This document shows, piece after piece, positions 38,995-51,880 of a stretch of DNA of 64,000 nt. The DNA comes from Octopus sinensis (taxonomy: Eukaryota): assembly GCF_006345805.1 (NCBI RefSeq), contig NC_043006.1:21576001-21640000 (forward strand). Reading direction: 5' to 3'. Positions within the stretch are counted from its first letter, which is position 1. Every line of letters starts with the position of its first letter. Both the position numbers and the translations under genes were made by a program. A model generated the notes under the pieces. It ran no database searches and was not told where the DNA came from. It saw nothing but the letters and a program-made list of their open reading frames with translations.

Positions 38995-39085
<91 letters not shown>

Positions 39086-39561
39086 TGTTTTTTATCAGCC
39101 ACACAGGGCTGCACACAGACGGGACAGATTACAAAGTAGAGCTTTTCTTTTTGGGGGAGAGAAAAAAAAATAAAAAGGCGGGTAGGTTTTCGATCAAAAG
39201 GGATCGTAAAAGGGAAAAAAAGGAAAAGAAACAAAAGAAGAGAAAAAACGATCAATAGGGATCGTGTATCACAGTGTCATGATGTAATTTGTAAAGGGGA
39301 AAGCAGATAAGGTTTATCTGTGGGAAGAAAAGACTACGGAAAAGACCACGGTAACCTTGGTCAATATTGTTACATGTTACCACATTTGTTTGCAAATAGG
39401 TAACCCTCTGTTTTAAATTTCCGGGTTCATAGGATTATGCTCAAGTTGGCTCCGTCATTCATACGTGCCATCCGTGCTACATTCACCCATCTTTTTTAAA
39501 ACATACGCTAGACAAAACTTGCCTCTCTACTCTCACTTTCCTTTTCAAGTGATACTTGAAG

Positions 39562-39564
<3 letters not shown>
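39086..39564 (-). mobile_element. Tx1-type LINE copy 2 (3' 480 bp) in (GATA)n
   Basis: [19 protein letters not shown] plus 3'UTR; (GATA)n at 39564-39724. Confidence 0.9.
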
Positions 39565-39626
<62 letters not shown>

Positions 39627-39627
39627 T

Positions 39628-39724
<97 letters not shown>

Positions 39725-40316
39725 TAAACATCAATATCGTATATTCGTATGTATTTTTTCCTTTGTGTATTGATTTAATGGCGTCTGTTTCATAGTTTAT
39801 GATAATTTTGTGTCAGTCAACGGACAAAACTGCTTCGATCGATTCTTTACAAGACTATACTATATAGTATAAATGATTTATCAAACCGTATGTTATAAAA
39901 ATATATCAGCGACAACAACTGCAACAACAATCATTTACTGAGATTGTCTAGCTGTCTTGTTTGTCTGTTAATGTAGCCGTCTACCAATCCATGAATACGT
40001 CAAACTCTTTGATGAAGTCTGACTATCGCATCGTTTTATCCACTAAAATGTTTATCTATTTAACAACCATTTAACAGTGTACATTTATGTGTCTGTATGT
40101 GCGTGTATCTGTGCGTATATGCGTGTTTAGACAGACATTAAAAAAAAAATTATTATTACTATTTTATTGGTTTCGCTCATTAGACTACGGCCATTCTGTA
40201 GCAATGCATTCGTGGATTTTAGTTGTAAATGACACTAACACCAATTTCAGTGAGATACTTCCAAAATAGGTGTTCATCTTGTTTTTCAAAATAATTGATA
40301 CGTCACTTTATACCTA

Positions 40317-40620
40317 TTTCTTTATTACCCACAAGGGGCTAAACACAGAGGGGACAAACAAGGACAGACATAGGTATTAAGTCGATTACATCGACCCCAG
40401 TGCGTAACTGGTACTTAATTTATCGACACCGAAAGGATGAAAGGCAAAGTCGACCTCGGCGGAATTTGAACTCAGAATGTAACGGCAGACGAAATACTGC
40501 TAAGCATTTCGTCCGGCGTGCTAACGATTCTGCCAGCTCGCCCTTTATACGTCACCGACTTCGGCGGAATTTGAACTCACAACGTAACGGCAGACGAAAT
40601 ACCGCTAAGCATTTCGCCCA
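40317..40620 (-). mobile_element. SINE-A, young (40317-40542), plus partial duplicate of its head (40556-40620)
   Basis: TSD-like ctttatac on both sides of the full copy. Confidence 0.88.
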
Positions 40621-40995
40621 CGCAAGCACACGTAAAGCGCGGCTGTGTGGTAGAAAGCTTGGTTCACAACTAAATTGCTTTCGTTTCAGCCCCACTCCGT
40701 GACATATTGGGCAGGTGTCTTCTAACGTAGCTTTGCACAGACCAAAGTCTTGAGAATGGATTTTGTAGACTAACCTAGTTGATGAATTATAAAGTTTAAT
40801 CAATAAAATGACGTCGGTATATTCCTAAGTTCAACTCTTTTAATTGCATCTAAAATCATTAATGCCAAAGTGCAAATAAGAGTACAACTCGGGATAGTAA
40901 GATCGGCCATAAAAATCATTTAATACAATCTGGAAAGACAGAGCTCTTAACATTAGTATCAAACTAAAGCTCTTGAAAGCTGCAACATTTTAAGC

Positions 40996-41208
40996 ATGTC
41001 GTCAGAGCCCGGAACCTCAGTACCCACATCTAAGAGAGAAGAGTCAATTGGAAGCAAGGAAGAAGGAAACCGAAAAGACGTGAAAGAATGTAGCGGAAGA
41101 ACTATGGTTGAATGCACTACCATCGTTTGAAATAAGAATCAATAGAAGAATGTGCGCATGCGTCTCCATGGTCCCCTTCCCTCGGCACCGAAGATTGGAA
41201 TAGACAAG
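40996..41208 (+). other. Unassigned coding-like segment ending in a strong donor
   Basis: MSSEPGTSVPTSKREE...TTIV* then, in the same frame after two stops, MRLHGPLPSAPKIGIDK|gtgagg; TGCGCATGCG (NRF1-like) at about 41152. Confidence 0.18.
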
Positions 41209-42236
41209 GTGAGGCATAATTTACTGACAAACAAAATTTCTTCGGAGCTAAAATTTACGTTTAACGTCAAAAGATTTACACGGTTTTCACCAATAAGTAT
41301 TTATCAAAGACTGAATTATATTTTCATATTTCAAATTTATTTTCCCAAGTGGCAAGTCTTAATCTTAGCTAGCGATCTATGTTTATAACCAAATTTAGCA
41401 TAACGCTGTGTTATGCTAGGACTGTAATATATTATGCTTGGACAGTAATTAAGACTTAGCTTTTGACACATACAAAGGTTACCCGAAACCAAACAGTAAT
41501 CTCAATAAAGATAGATACTGATATCAGAGAAGGTAAATTATCTTTCATGGTTGAATCATCATAAGCTGTAAAACATGAAAGTTCGATGCCCACGGCACAC
41601 AATCAGATATCTTTGTATTTCCCATACTAGCAAGTCAGAAGACACAAGTTATTGTCTATCGTCTCGGTTAATCTTCTGAAGCAAACGATTAATTTAGCTT
41701 CACAGAAAACAAGGAAAATTGTTCGACAGAAAAAAATATCTGTATTTTTTTCTATTTGGTTGATTGCTCTGAACTCAGTCGTGTCCATAAATGCATCAAA
41801 GTTCCAAGGGACCTCATGGAACAGAGAAATGAATAATTTATGATATTCATGTCTTTTTTTTCCCTTAGAGCAAAAGAAACGTAAATGAGGAGGGGATTGT
41901 CAAGGAATAAAGCCAACTATTATAGGGGATTGTACATATATATAGGACTGGGTTTATTACTGGTATACACGCACTGAATGTAAAGGAAGTGAAAGGTAGA
42001 AAAATGAATACAACTAAGAAGGATAGAACATTTCGGGAATTCAAGAATGCGACTAAGAAAAAGGAGGGGGAGGGGGGAGAGGAGAGGATGAGATAAAGAG
42101 GAGGGAAGGAGGAGAGAAGGAAGAGGTGAGAAGGAAGAGGAGAGAAGCAAGAGGAGGCGGTAAGGAGGAAGAGGAGGAGGAGGATTTATTGTTTGGTCAT
42201 TAGCAACTATAGTAGTGGTGGTAGTAGTATTAGTAT

Positions 42237-42275
<39 letters not shown>

Positions 42276-43044
42276 AAGCAGCAACAAATTAGAATTTTCT
42301 TCATTAATTAATGACTTTTAAATTTAATAATAGATGGTTTCTTCATTTATACATTAATTAACAAAAACAAAACGCTATTAGCCACGAAGTTCTAAAATTA
42401 CACAAGGAAGATGAGAGACAGACTATCTAGTGGAGAGTTTCATGCCTTTATTAAGATGTAAGTGGCATTAAGTAAGTTCATAAATCGATTTTAATTCTAA
42501 ATAGAAATTGTTTCAGAATGTTAAAATGGCGCAAAATTTACTACCCTGTCAAGGCGCCCCTCCTAATTAATATCATAAATATAGCCTTTATATGAACCAA
42601 ACTATTCTTGGTATGAAAACGTATGTGATGAAAGAAAGCACTCTGTTTCATTGGAGACTCTGTGTCCGGCTAATTAAACTTGATAAATAACTGCTGGTAT
42701 GGCTTTGTGGTTAATTTGTCCACTCTTATTCATGTGATTGCCGTGTTTGTATTACAATGCGTGGCGGTTTGGGGAAGGTCGTGCAATAGCCGCTATTAGA
42801 TTCAATCCTCGAAACTAAAATTGGATAGAGGTGAAATTGCGGAAGTCATATAGGCCACGGTGGATTTTGAAATTAGAATGCGAAATGCCCGTACAGATAT
42901 GTCGAAGGATCCCCTCCGGTGCTCTATTTTGCCAACCCACCTCTCTAGACTGGTACATTATGTATCGACCCTGGACGAATGAAAAGTAAAGTTAACCGCT
43001 TTAAGAATTGAATTCAGACCACTAGCAGCTAGAATAAATACCTA

Positions 43045-43459
43045 TTTCTTTATTACCCACAAGGGGCTACACATAGAGGGGACAAACAAGGACAGACATA
43101 GGTATTAAGTCGATTACATCGACCCCAGTGCAGAACTGGTACTTAATTTATCGACCCCGAAAGGATGAAAGGCGAAGTCAACCTCGGCGGAATTTGAACT
43201 CAGAACGTAATGGCAGACGAAATACCTCTATTTCTTTACTACCCACAAGGGGTTAAAAACAGAGAGGACAAACAAGAACAGACAAACGGATTAAGTCGAT
43301 TATATCGACCCCAGTGCGTAACTGGTACTTATTTAATCGACCCCGAAAGGATGAAAGGCAAAGTCGACCTCGGCGTGATTTGATCTCAGAACGTAGAGGC
43401 AGACGAAATACCGCTAAGCATTTCGCCCGGCGTGCTAACGTTTCTGCCAGCTCGCCGCC
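43045..43459 (-). mobile_element. SINE-A tandem dimer within one 17-bp TSD
   Basis: TSD cagctagaataaatacc at 43026-43042 and 43462-43478; truncated copy 43045-43227 plus full copy 43231-43459. Confidence 0.9.
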
Positions 43460-43699
43460 TTCAGCTAGAATAAATACCGATGCTCTAATGACTCAGCTAT
43501 TTCGTCTCATGATAACCCATAATATGTGGTTTCGTCCTCCCCCTTTTTATTACAGTTGTCTCACAGACCCTGAATAATGTCGACATTAAACTACAAAAAT
43601 AAAATGTGAACAGATACTATCCTCTTCTTCTGAGGTCAGAAGTACAGAAGTAGACTGTATACTAGAAAGGCTGTGACATTCCAGTCTGCCACATACCAA

Positions 43700-43928
43700 T
43701 TTCTCTACTACCCACAAGAGGCTAAACACAGAGAGGACAAACAAGGACAGACACACGGATTAAGTCGATTACATCGACCCCAGTGCGTAACTGGTACTTA
43801 TTTAATCGACCCCGAAAGGATGAAAGGCAAAGTCGACCTCGGCGGAATTTGAACTCAGAACGTAACGGCAGACGAAATACGGCTACGCATTTCGCCCGGC
43901 GTGCTAACGATTCAGCCAGTTCGCCGCC
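43700..43928 (-). mobile_element. SINE-A, young, with 16-bp TSD
   Basis: agtctgYcacatacca at 43683-43698 and 43931-43946. Confidence 0.92.
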
Positions 43929-44257
43929 TTAGTCTGTCACATACCATCTTATAAATAAGCTATCTCATGTCACAGTTCTGACAGTGTAGTATTCAATTAG
44001 ATCAAGGGTTCTCAGCCTTCATTCTATCTGGGATCCCTTTGATTCTTATCTTACTCCTGTGGAAACCACTCTCCGCCATACTTATTCGATATTTTAAAAT
44101 CCTATTGTATTTTTATAATTAAATATTATTAGGACTTCTATAAGAATTGCTAAAAGTTTTTGTGTACTGTAGACCTATAGCCAATTTCTTGCGCATAACC
44201 TTAACAACTAACTAAATCCTAGGGAAAATTAATGTTCACAAGTAAAATGAGTTACAA

Positions 44258-44294
<37 letters not shown>

Positions 44295-44624
44295 ATTATA
44301 TATATATATATATATGCAAGCACGCGTGCGCACGTGTATATATAAGTATGTTTGTAGTACTATGGTCTTCAATAGATATTCTCTGGAGAGCAGTGAAGCG
44401 TTCTTTGAGACCGAATTTTCTATCTTGAACTTCTATTTTCATAATTATTCTCGATGATCAATGGCTTGGAGATAAACATCAACAAATATAACCGATACCT
44501 TCCTTTCCATATATTAACTATATCGGTGTTGGCCAGATGCTATCAATCAGGTTTAACCAGATACTATTCTGTCATGATAAGGATAATACATACATACAAC
44601 GTACACACGTACATATATATGATG

Positions 44625-44905
44625 GCTGCCCCCTCGTTATCGAGTATGGCCATTGCACGAAGCTTAAGTGTTATTGGTGCTGTGATCGAATGTGACTTTT
44701 TAGCCCAGCTAAAGATCTATAATGTCTTGTAAAGAATTGGCAGCTAAAACCTTTACCAATAATTGCTGGCTGTAGTTGTAACTGGGTTTCATGTACCTTT
44801 GCATGTCATTTAAGTCCTTCTGCCGAATTAAACACTCTTCCACATGCCTGACAGATATGATTAGTATGGTGTGTAACACCACCACCACTGGCCAGGTTGT
44901 CACTC
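44625..44905 (-). pseudogene. RTE (BovB-like) LINE 3' end with two C2H2-like fingers
   Basis: HICQACGRVFNSAEGLK*HAKVH and FSCQF..RHYRSLAGLKSHIRSQH followed by a short tail. Confidence 0.7.
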
Positions 44906-45940
44906 ATCTGTCTCGCTTTATATGTATATACATATATACATACATACAAACGTACGCACATACATATATACATACGCACACATATACATACATGCATACA
45001 GACTTATTTATGCGGGTTAACCAGATGAGGGATAACGCTCCACAAAGCAATAACTATTTTTTTATAAATGCATTTGAACTCCTTAAATACCATTTAGAAC
45101 GAAAAACCAAACAATTGGTTCAGCTAGAAGATTAATACAAAAAGGTAACGTTTGTTGTTTGCGAATCACAAAATATTGGGTGTAATTTTCAAGAATTCAG
45201 AAGTCAGCTTTAGAGAGAATTAAATGTTCATGTTTATGGAAAAACTAATTACATTCAAATGAGAAAAGAATATCATCTCAGACAAGATGTCGGCTACGAG
45301 CTGGGAAATTTGTCTTATTACACTTTATTTTTGTGTCCCGAAGCCTGTTTTGATAAGTTGACGGGAAGATTTTACAAATAAAAAAAAAATACTAGGATAA
45401 TGAGTGAATTATAAAAATACCAGTATAATGAGTGGATTATAAAGCAGTGAATTAAAAAGGTAATTAAAATGAACCACTGCATTGAAATTAGATGATTCAC
45501 GTTGCTGATGTTGCATTACGGGAAAATTCTTAACGAAGTGAAGCTTGTCTTTAAGCTGAAGAGAAAACAAGAACCTAGAGGTGATTATTAGTGAAGATCA
45601 GCGAGGAGGGGCAATAATTTCCTTTGCACTGTTTTTTTTTTTTTTTCGCCGAGAGATCTTAATTGCAATGACAGAAAAATCTTCTATATATTTTCGTTCC
45701 ATGCATGCATATACAAGCGTATATGGTCTCTTAAAGTAAAAAAAACTACCATAATGGTAGTTCTCTGACTTTAAAAGTCCCTCCGAGCGTGAGGCATTTA
45801 TGTATAGTAATGCCCTTAATAAAAATGAATATATTTAATGGGAATAATTAATACATTTTTCCCTTAAGACGTTTTGGACGCTAACTACTTGATAATTTCT
45901 TATAACGATTTTATCCTATTTTTAAACTATATATATATAT

Positions 45941-45976
<36 letters not shown>

Positions 45977-46149
45977 CCGACAGACGGACAGACAGAGATA
46001 GGTATACTTGTGTATGTTATATATATATATATAATATTATATATATATATATATATATTACATGTATGTGTGTATGTGAACACTTATACATACACTCACA
46101 AGTATATATTTATACGGCAATGTGTGTGTATATATAATATATATTCAAA

Positions 46150-46181
<32 letters not shown>

Positions 46182-46197
46182 CTATATATATATATAT

Positions 46198-46230
<33 letters not shown>

Positions 46231-46234
46231 ATAT

Positions 46235-46321
<87 letters not shown>

Positions 46322-46328
<7 letters not shown>

Positions 46329-46576
46329 TCGCCATACTAATATGGCATTCTTATAAAAATAAGAAAAAAGCTGTCCGCTTATTAGCTCCATGAGGCCATC
46401 GCCTTAAGTTAGCTATTTGATACACAAACTGTATCCATATAACCTTGTTCGAAGGTTATATGGATACAGTTTGTGTATCAAATAGCTAACTTAAGGCGAT
46501 GGCCTCATGGAGCTAATAAGCGGACAGCTTTTTTCTTATTTTTATAAGAATGCCATATTAGTATGGCGATAACTAT
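46322..46576. repeat. Perfect inverted repeat, 125-bp arms with 5-bp spacer, next to (TA)n
   Basis: 46322-46446 is the reverse complement of 46452-46576; spacer gttcg. Confidence 0.95.
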
Positions 46577-46718
46577 TATTTTCCGGGAACGCTGCCGCTG
46601 TTCTCTTTTAGAGAGACTTAGTTATTTTAATATTTCTATTATATATATATATATATATACGTTTAAATATTTGTTGTGCAAGATTTTTTATGTGAAGTCA
46701 TGTGTTGAAACAGATATT

Positions 46719-47797
46719 GTTATATTTCGGAATGGTCATTTTGCCAGTTTAGCCAATAAAAACACACGCACTATATATTTGGTGTTATTTTGCTTCAGTG
46801 TTATTTATTTTTTACATTAATCTTAATCTTATTTCGGCCAGAGTTCCTTCGTCACTCTCCTGTGACCGCGTCAGTGGTCCTTTGTTTTCTTCTTTCTTAT
46901 TTGTGTCTCTCCTTACTAATCGTCAGCCATTTTGTATTTCTATTGTATGTCTTCATTTGCGCATGCTTATATCTCTATGTGCGTCTATGTTTATTTAGTG
47001 TGTGTATGTGGGGGGATGCCTGTAATATTTGTATCTTCTGTTTATATACGTTTCTTGTAATTTGTATTTTGTTTTTGTTGTTGTTTTTGTTTATTCTTAT
47101 TTTGTTCATGTGTTTACATCCACTTATTATTATCATTACATATGCTACACACATAATAGAAAGTAAACCTAGCCTGAATAGAAAACTAGAATTGAGCACT
47201 AACATACACCACAACATATGACGATAGAGGATCCCGAAAACATAATATATACACAGATAAATAAATAAATAGAAATAAATAACTATAAATATATATATAT
47301 ATATTCGATTCGATTTATTATTATTATTACTAGTATTGTTGTTATACATACATACATACATACAAGCATATATAATGATAATAATAAGTGGATGTAAACA
47401 CATGAACAAAATAAGAATAAACAAAAACAACAACAACAAAAACAAAATACTAATTACATGAACGTATATAAACAGAAGATACAAATATTACAGGCATCCC
47501 CCCCACATACACACACTAAATAAACATAGACGCACATAGAGTTATACGCATGCGCAAATGAAGACATACAATAGAAATACAAAATGGCTGACGGTTAGTA
47601 AGGAGAGACACAAATAAGAAAGAAGAAAACAAAGGACCACTGATGCGGTCACAGGAGTGTGACGAAAGAATTCTGGCCGAAATAAGATTAAGATTAATGT
47701 AAAAAATAAATAACACTGAAGCAAAATAACACCAAATATATGGTGCGTGTGTGTTTTTATTGGCTAAACTGGCAAAATGACCATTCCGAAATATAAC
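46719..47797. mobile_element. Inverted pair of about 430-bp Penelope-like arms (46719-47145 and 47366-47797)
   Basis: Highly similar inverted arms; each contains a degenerate hammerhead (46838-46877 minus; 47637-47676 plus). Confidence 0.7.
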
Positions 47798-48939
47798 TAT
47801 GTATATATATATATATATATACATATATATGTGTGTGTGACTATAAGCACATATACGTATACACACAAGTATATATTTATATGGCAGTGTGTATATATAT
47901 AAACATATATACAAAGGGTGAGTTAGATAGATATGTATGTATATAGGTATGCACGTAAGTATATGTGAACATATCTACATATGTATAAACGTGTGTGTTT
48001 ATGTATGTGCATATAGATGTATCAAAGTATCTAAGAATGTCTTTATTTTCGAATGTATATGACATGGTAGACAGAACTTAATCGAAAAGAAAAATATATT
48101 TTTTTAGCTTTTATAAATTTTGTATTATACTTCAAATTTCAAAATATATTATATTCATTCAACTTTTACAGGATTACCATTTTACCACGATCCACTTTCA
48201 TAACTTACCCCAAAATTAATAAATATTTTGAGAAAATGGGGAATATAGTGAATGTGATATTTCTTTTTAAAAAATGGAAGATAGATATGGCTTCCATCTT
48301 ATGATATACTTCATTGTGTGTATACGCGCGTATGTATAAGAGAGTGTGTATTTTGAAATATGTGTATCTGTGTATAAGAAAAAATGTGAAAAACAACATT
48401 ACTGATGTATGGATGATAAAACTGTAGGCGACAACTGCCTTGTTAAGTAACAACGCGAGATGCAATATTCTTTATCAAATATTGACATGGGCAGTAATTT
48501 ATATTTGTAAATGATATCCACAGAAAAAAGTCGTGTGGTGATTGTTTGATATATTTCAATAGGTTTTCTCTGAATCAATTTCTTCTACTGTTGTCAGAAT
48601 GCAGTTCGTTTCCATTAATATTTTAGTCATCGCTATTTCACAAGACCAAAAGAAAATATTATTATTATTATTATTCACATTATTACGTTTATTAGGAAAG
48701 TTTTTAATTCATTCTAGGTGTAAACTAATTCATATTTGTTATGGTGAGACTGTAGTGGCAGATCCCGTGACAATCTCCGGTCTTCGAAACTTGTCAAATG
48801 GGGTTAATGTTCAGTTTAAATATATGTACGCTGTAGTCTGTAAAGAAAACATGTGCGAAGAGGGATAAACTCGGGGAGAGCATTGCTGAGGAAGAGGTAC
48901 TTGTGTGCGTGGTGTGTGGCGTAAGAGATCATAATTATC

Positions 48940-49645
48940 GTTTCTATTACAGGCACAAGGCCTGGAATTTAGTGGAAGGGGTTAAGTTGGTTACATCAAC
49001 TAATACTTCTTTTATTGACCCCCGAATGCATGAAAGGCAGACCTTGGTGGAATTTTAACTCAGAACATAAAGACGGGCGAAATGCCGCTAATCATTTCAA
49101 CCGCCAAGATAACAATTCCAGCTCGCTGCCATGTTATCACAGGAAGAAAGGAGGTGATTGAATAGGATGGGTCAAGTGAAAGTGAGTGTGTAACTAGCGA
49201 GTTTGGAAGAGTAGGGATTGTTGCAGTAGAGTTAGAATTTGAAGAGAAACAACAGTATATGTGAGTGTCAGTAAGTATTGCTTGTTGGCGGTGGGGTTTC
49301 CTGCTGTATGTTCTTAGTTCAAATTCTGCCGAGGTCGTCTTTAACCTTTCGGAGTCGATAAAATAAGGTTGGGGACGATGTAATTGACTTGCCCCCTTCC
49401 CATAAATATTGTTGATTTGTGCCAAAATTTGAAGCAATTTAAGGCGGTGAGCTGGCAGAGGCATTTACACTCTGGAAAAAAATGTTTAATGGTACTTTTC
49501 TTGCTTTATATTCTTAGTTCAAATTCAGCCGAGGTGGTCTTTCGGAGTCAATAAAATAAATATAGTTGAGCACTGTGGACGATATAATCGACTAATGCCA
49601 TCCCCAAGTATTTCAAGCCTCGTGCCTGTCGTAGAAAGAATATTC
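48940..49645. mobile_element. Three old SINE-A copies (one minus, two plus)
   Basis: agttcaaattc.gccgaggt cores. Confidence 0.6.
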
Positions 49646-50644
49646 CATTGTGAGAGTTACTAGAACATTATAGTGGCGAGTAAGTGGTTTGAAATTCTTC
49701 AATGCTGAATATTTCCTGAAGTCTAAAGAAGAAATTTTAATCATAGGAATGCAACCTTAAAAAATTTGGCTTCATAATTGAATGAGAGAGCTAGTTATTA
49801 TAAATTTTAGAAAAGTGAGGTATACTGTGGTTTTTCGATATACTTAGCGATGAAATCTTTCCATTTTTAGAGGCTAAATTATCATATTCTTATTTAAATG
49901 CACTCTTAAGATTTCCATGTAAGTATGTTGTATCCAATGTTTGTCTGCTGTAGTGTGTTTGGGTTGCATATGGAAGATTTCTTTGCCTGGAAATTAAAGA
50001 TGGCTCAAGTGTAGTGTCTACTTTATAGAAGTGACAATATTTTCATTTACGGAAGGAAGTGTATAGGAGACATTACCAATCCTTATTGTATATCAGAGTT
50101 GATATACTATGGTTGGGGCGAGGTCCGTAAGCATGCGCGTCAGTGGAGTACACAGAGAGGAAGCTTCTAATCCTATGATAGCTATTAATACATCTAATGT
50201 TGAAATATTTTAGAGAAGATATCTTTCACTATTAACATACATGCGGGGAAGGCGTAAGAAAGAGAGAGACAGAAGAGTGAGTTGGATGGATGCCATTCAC
50301 CTCTAAACTTATGATGATAAAACAGTGAACATAAAAGTAGAAATCGCACTCACACGTACGCACACATTTCCCGCAACTCACACCCGCACACACACACACA
50401 TATACGCACATACTTCACGCACTGCACACACACACACACTCACACACACACACACCTCACACATTTAACACATGCACGTATATTATATGAAGTATCTCGG
50501 AGATGATAGTTCGTAGTAGAAAATTTCAAGAATATTATTTGTTGGTTTAATTTAAGTTTCAGTTGTGAACGCGGGCAATTCAGATACAAGCATCAGTACT
50601 TATGTACATTTTACGTTTAATTCAGCTCAACCCTGACTCAGAAA

Positions 50645-50900
50645 ACGTAATATCAATGACGTCTCAACTGTGACCATTTGCATTTTTTAAAGCGAAATGT
50701 ACACATTATACGTCGGCGAAAATTTCCCTCCGTCTCCCTTTCCCACTAGACTTTCCTCTGTTTCTGAAGAAGAGCTTTGCTCGAAACGTAAAACCACTTT
50801 AATTTCCTTCCCTGAGCATCTGCTAATACTTTACATGTATCACATCCTCGCGTTGTTGTTTTTTTGTTTGTTCTTCGTTTTTTGGGCGGGGGAGGAGATT
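50645..50900 (+). mobile_element. Penelope-like pLTR fragment ending in (TA)n
   Basis: Carries the hammerhead at 50760-50794. Confidence 0.7.
50760..50794 (+). ncRNA. Minimal type-I hammerhead ribozyme (PLE-associated, predicted dimeric)
   Basis: GTTT-CTGAAGA-A-GAGC-TTT-GCTC-GAAA-CG-TA-AAAC: stem I and II fully paired, palindromic ACGT stem III, predicted cleavage after A50790 (GUA). Confidence 0.75.
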
Positions 50901-51066
50901 TAATATATATATATATATATACAGTAGTATCTCGGTTTTCGGACAACATGATGACGAATAAATCGTGCTTTATCTCATGTCTTTCTCATATTCATTTAAT
51001 ACAGTAGTACCGTAGTATCTCGCCTCTGATCACGAATAGATCGTGCTTTATATATATCTATATCAA

Positions 51067-51115
<49 letters not shown>

Positions 51116-51159
51116 CACGATTTATATATTTATATATATTTATATATACAGTAGTATAA

Positions 51160-51388
51160 GGCGGCGCGCTGGCAGAAACGTTAGCAAGCCGGGCGAAATG
51201 CGTAGCCGTATTTCATCTGCCGTTACGTTCTGAGTTCAAATTCCGCCGAGGTCGACTTTGGCTTTCATCCTTTCGGGATCGATAAATTAAGTACCAGTTA
51301 CGCACTGGTGTCGATATAATCGACTTAATCCGTGTCTTTGTCCTTGTTTGTCTCCTCTGTGTTTAGCCCCTTGTGGGTAGTAAAGAAA
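51160..51388 (+). mobile_element. SINE-A, young
   Basis: Full-length copy. Confidence 0.9.
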
Positions 51389-51486
51389 TATGTATATACA
51401 TACACACACGATAAAAGTAAATAGACACCCTTATAATCGTTAAAATTTATTTAAATCTGAAATTATACATTCAAATTATTTATTAA

Positions 51487-51869
51487 CTAGCAGTATCGCC
51501 CGGCGTTGCTCGGGTTTGTAAGGGAAATAACTATAAAGCATTTTTTGATAGTTATAGCCAAAATATAGCAAAAAATGGGAAAAAAATGATGGTAAATTTT
51601 TTTTGAGAGTTAAAAAGGTGAAGTTGCGTCCCCTAGACAGTCTGTGGTTTGTGTTTCTGATTCTTGACCCCATGTCGAATTTATCGATTTTTTTCAGAAC
51701 TGGGGGAACTTTTCAAAATTTTCGCTGCGTTAGTTTTGAATTATGACATTGGGCTATGTGTGTGTCAAGTTTCATCAGAATCGGTTGAAAGCCGTGGTGA
51801 GAGTGAGGGTACAAGCAAACAGACACACAGAAACACACACAGACAAACTGCCGTTTGTATAGAGAGAGA
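51487..51869 (-). mobile_element. Non-autonomous Helitron
   Basis: On the minus strand: A|TCTCTCTCTATACAAACGGC ... CCCGAGCAACGCCGGG hairpin ... CTAG|T. Confidence 0.85.
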
Positions 51870-51880
51870 TTATTATACTG

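Noticed and set aside
38335-39255. 306-aa ORF (and the 311-aa ORF at 53974-54909)
   Set aside because: Chance read-through from one Tx1 3'UTR across (TCTA)n into the next copy. Only the zinc-knuckle part is real coding sequence.
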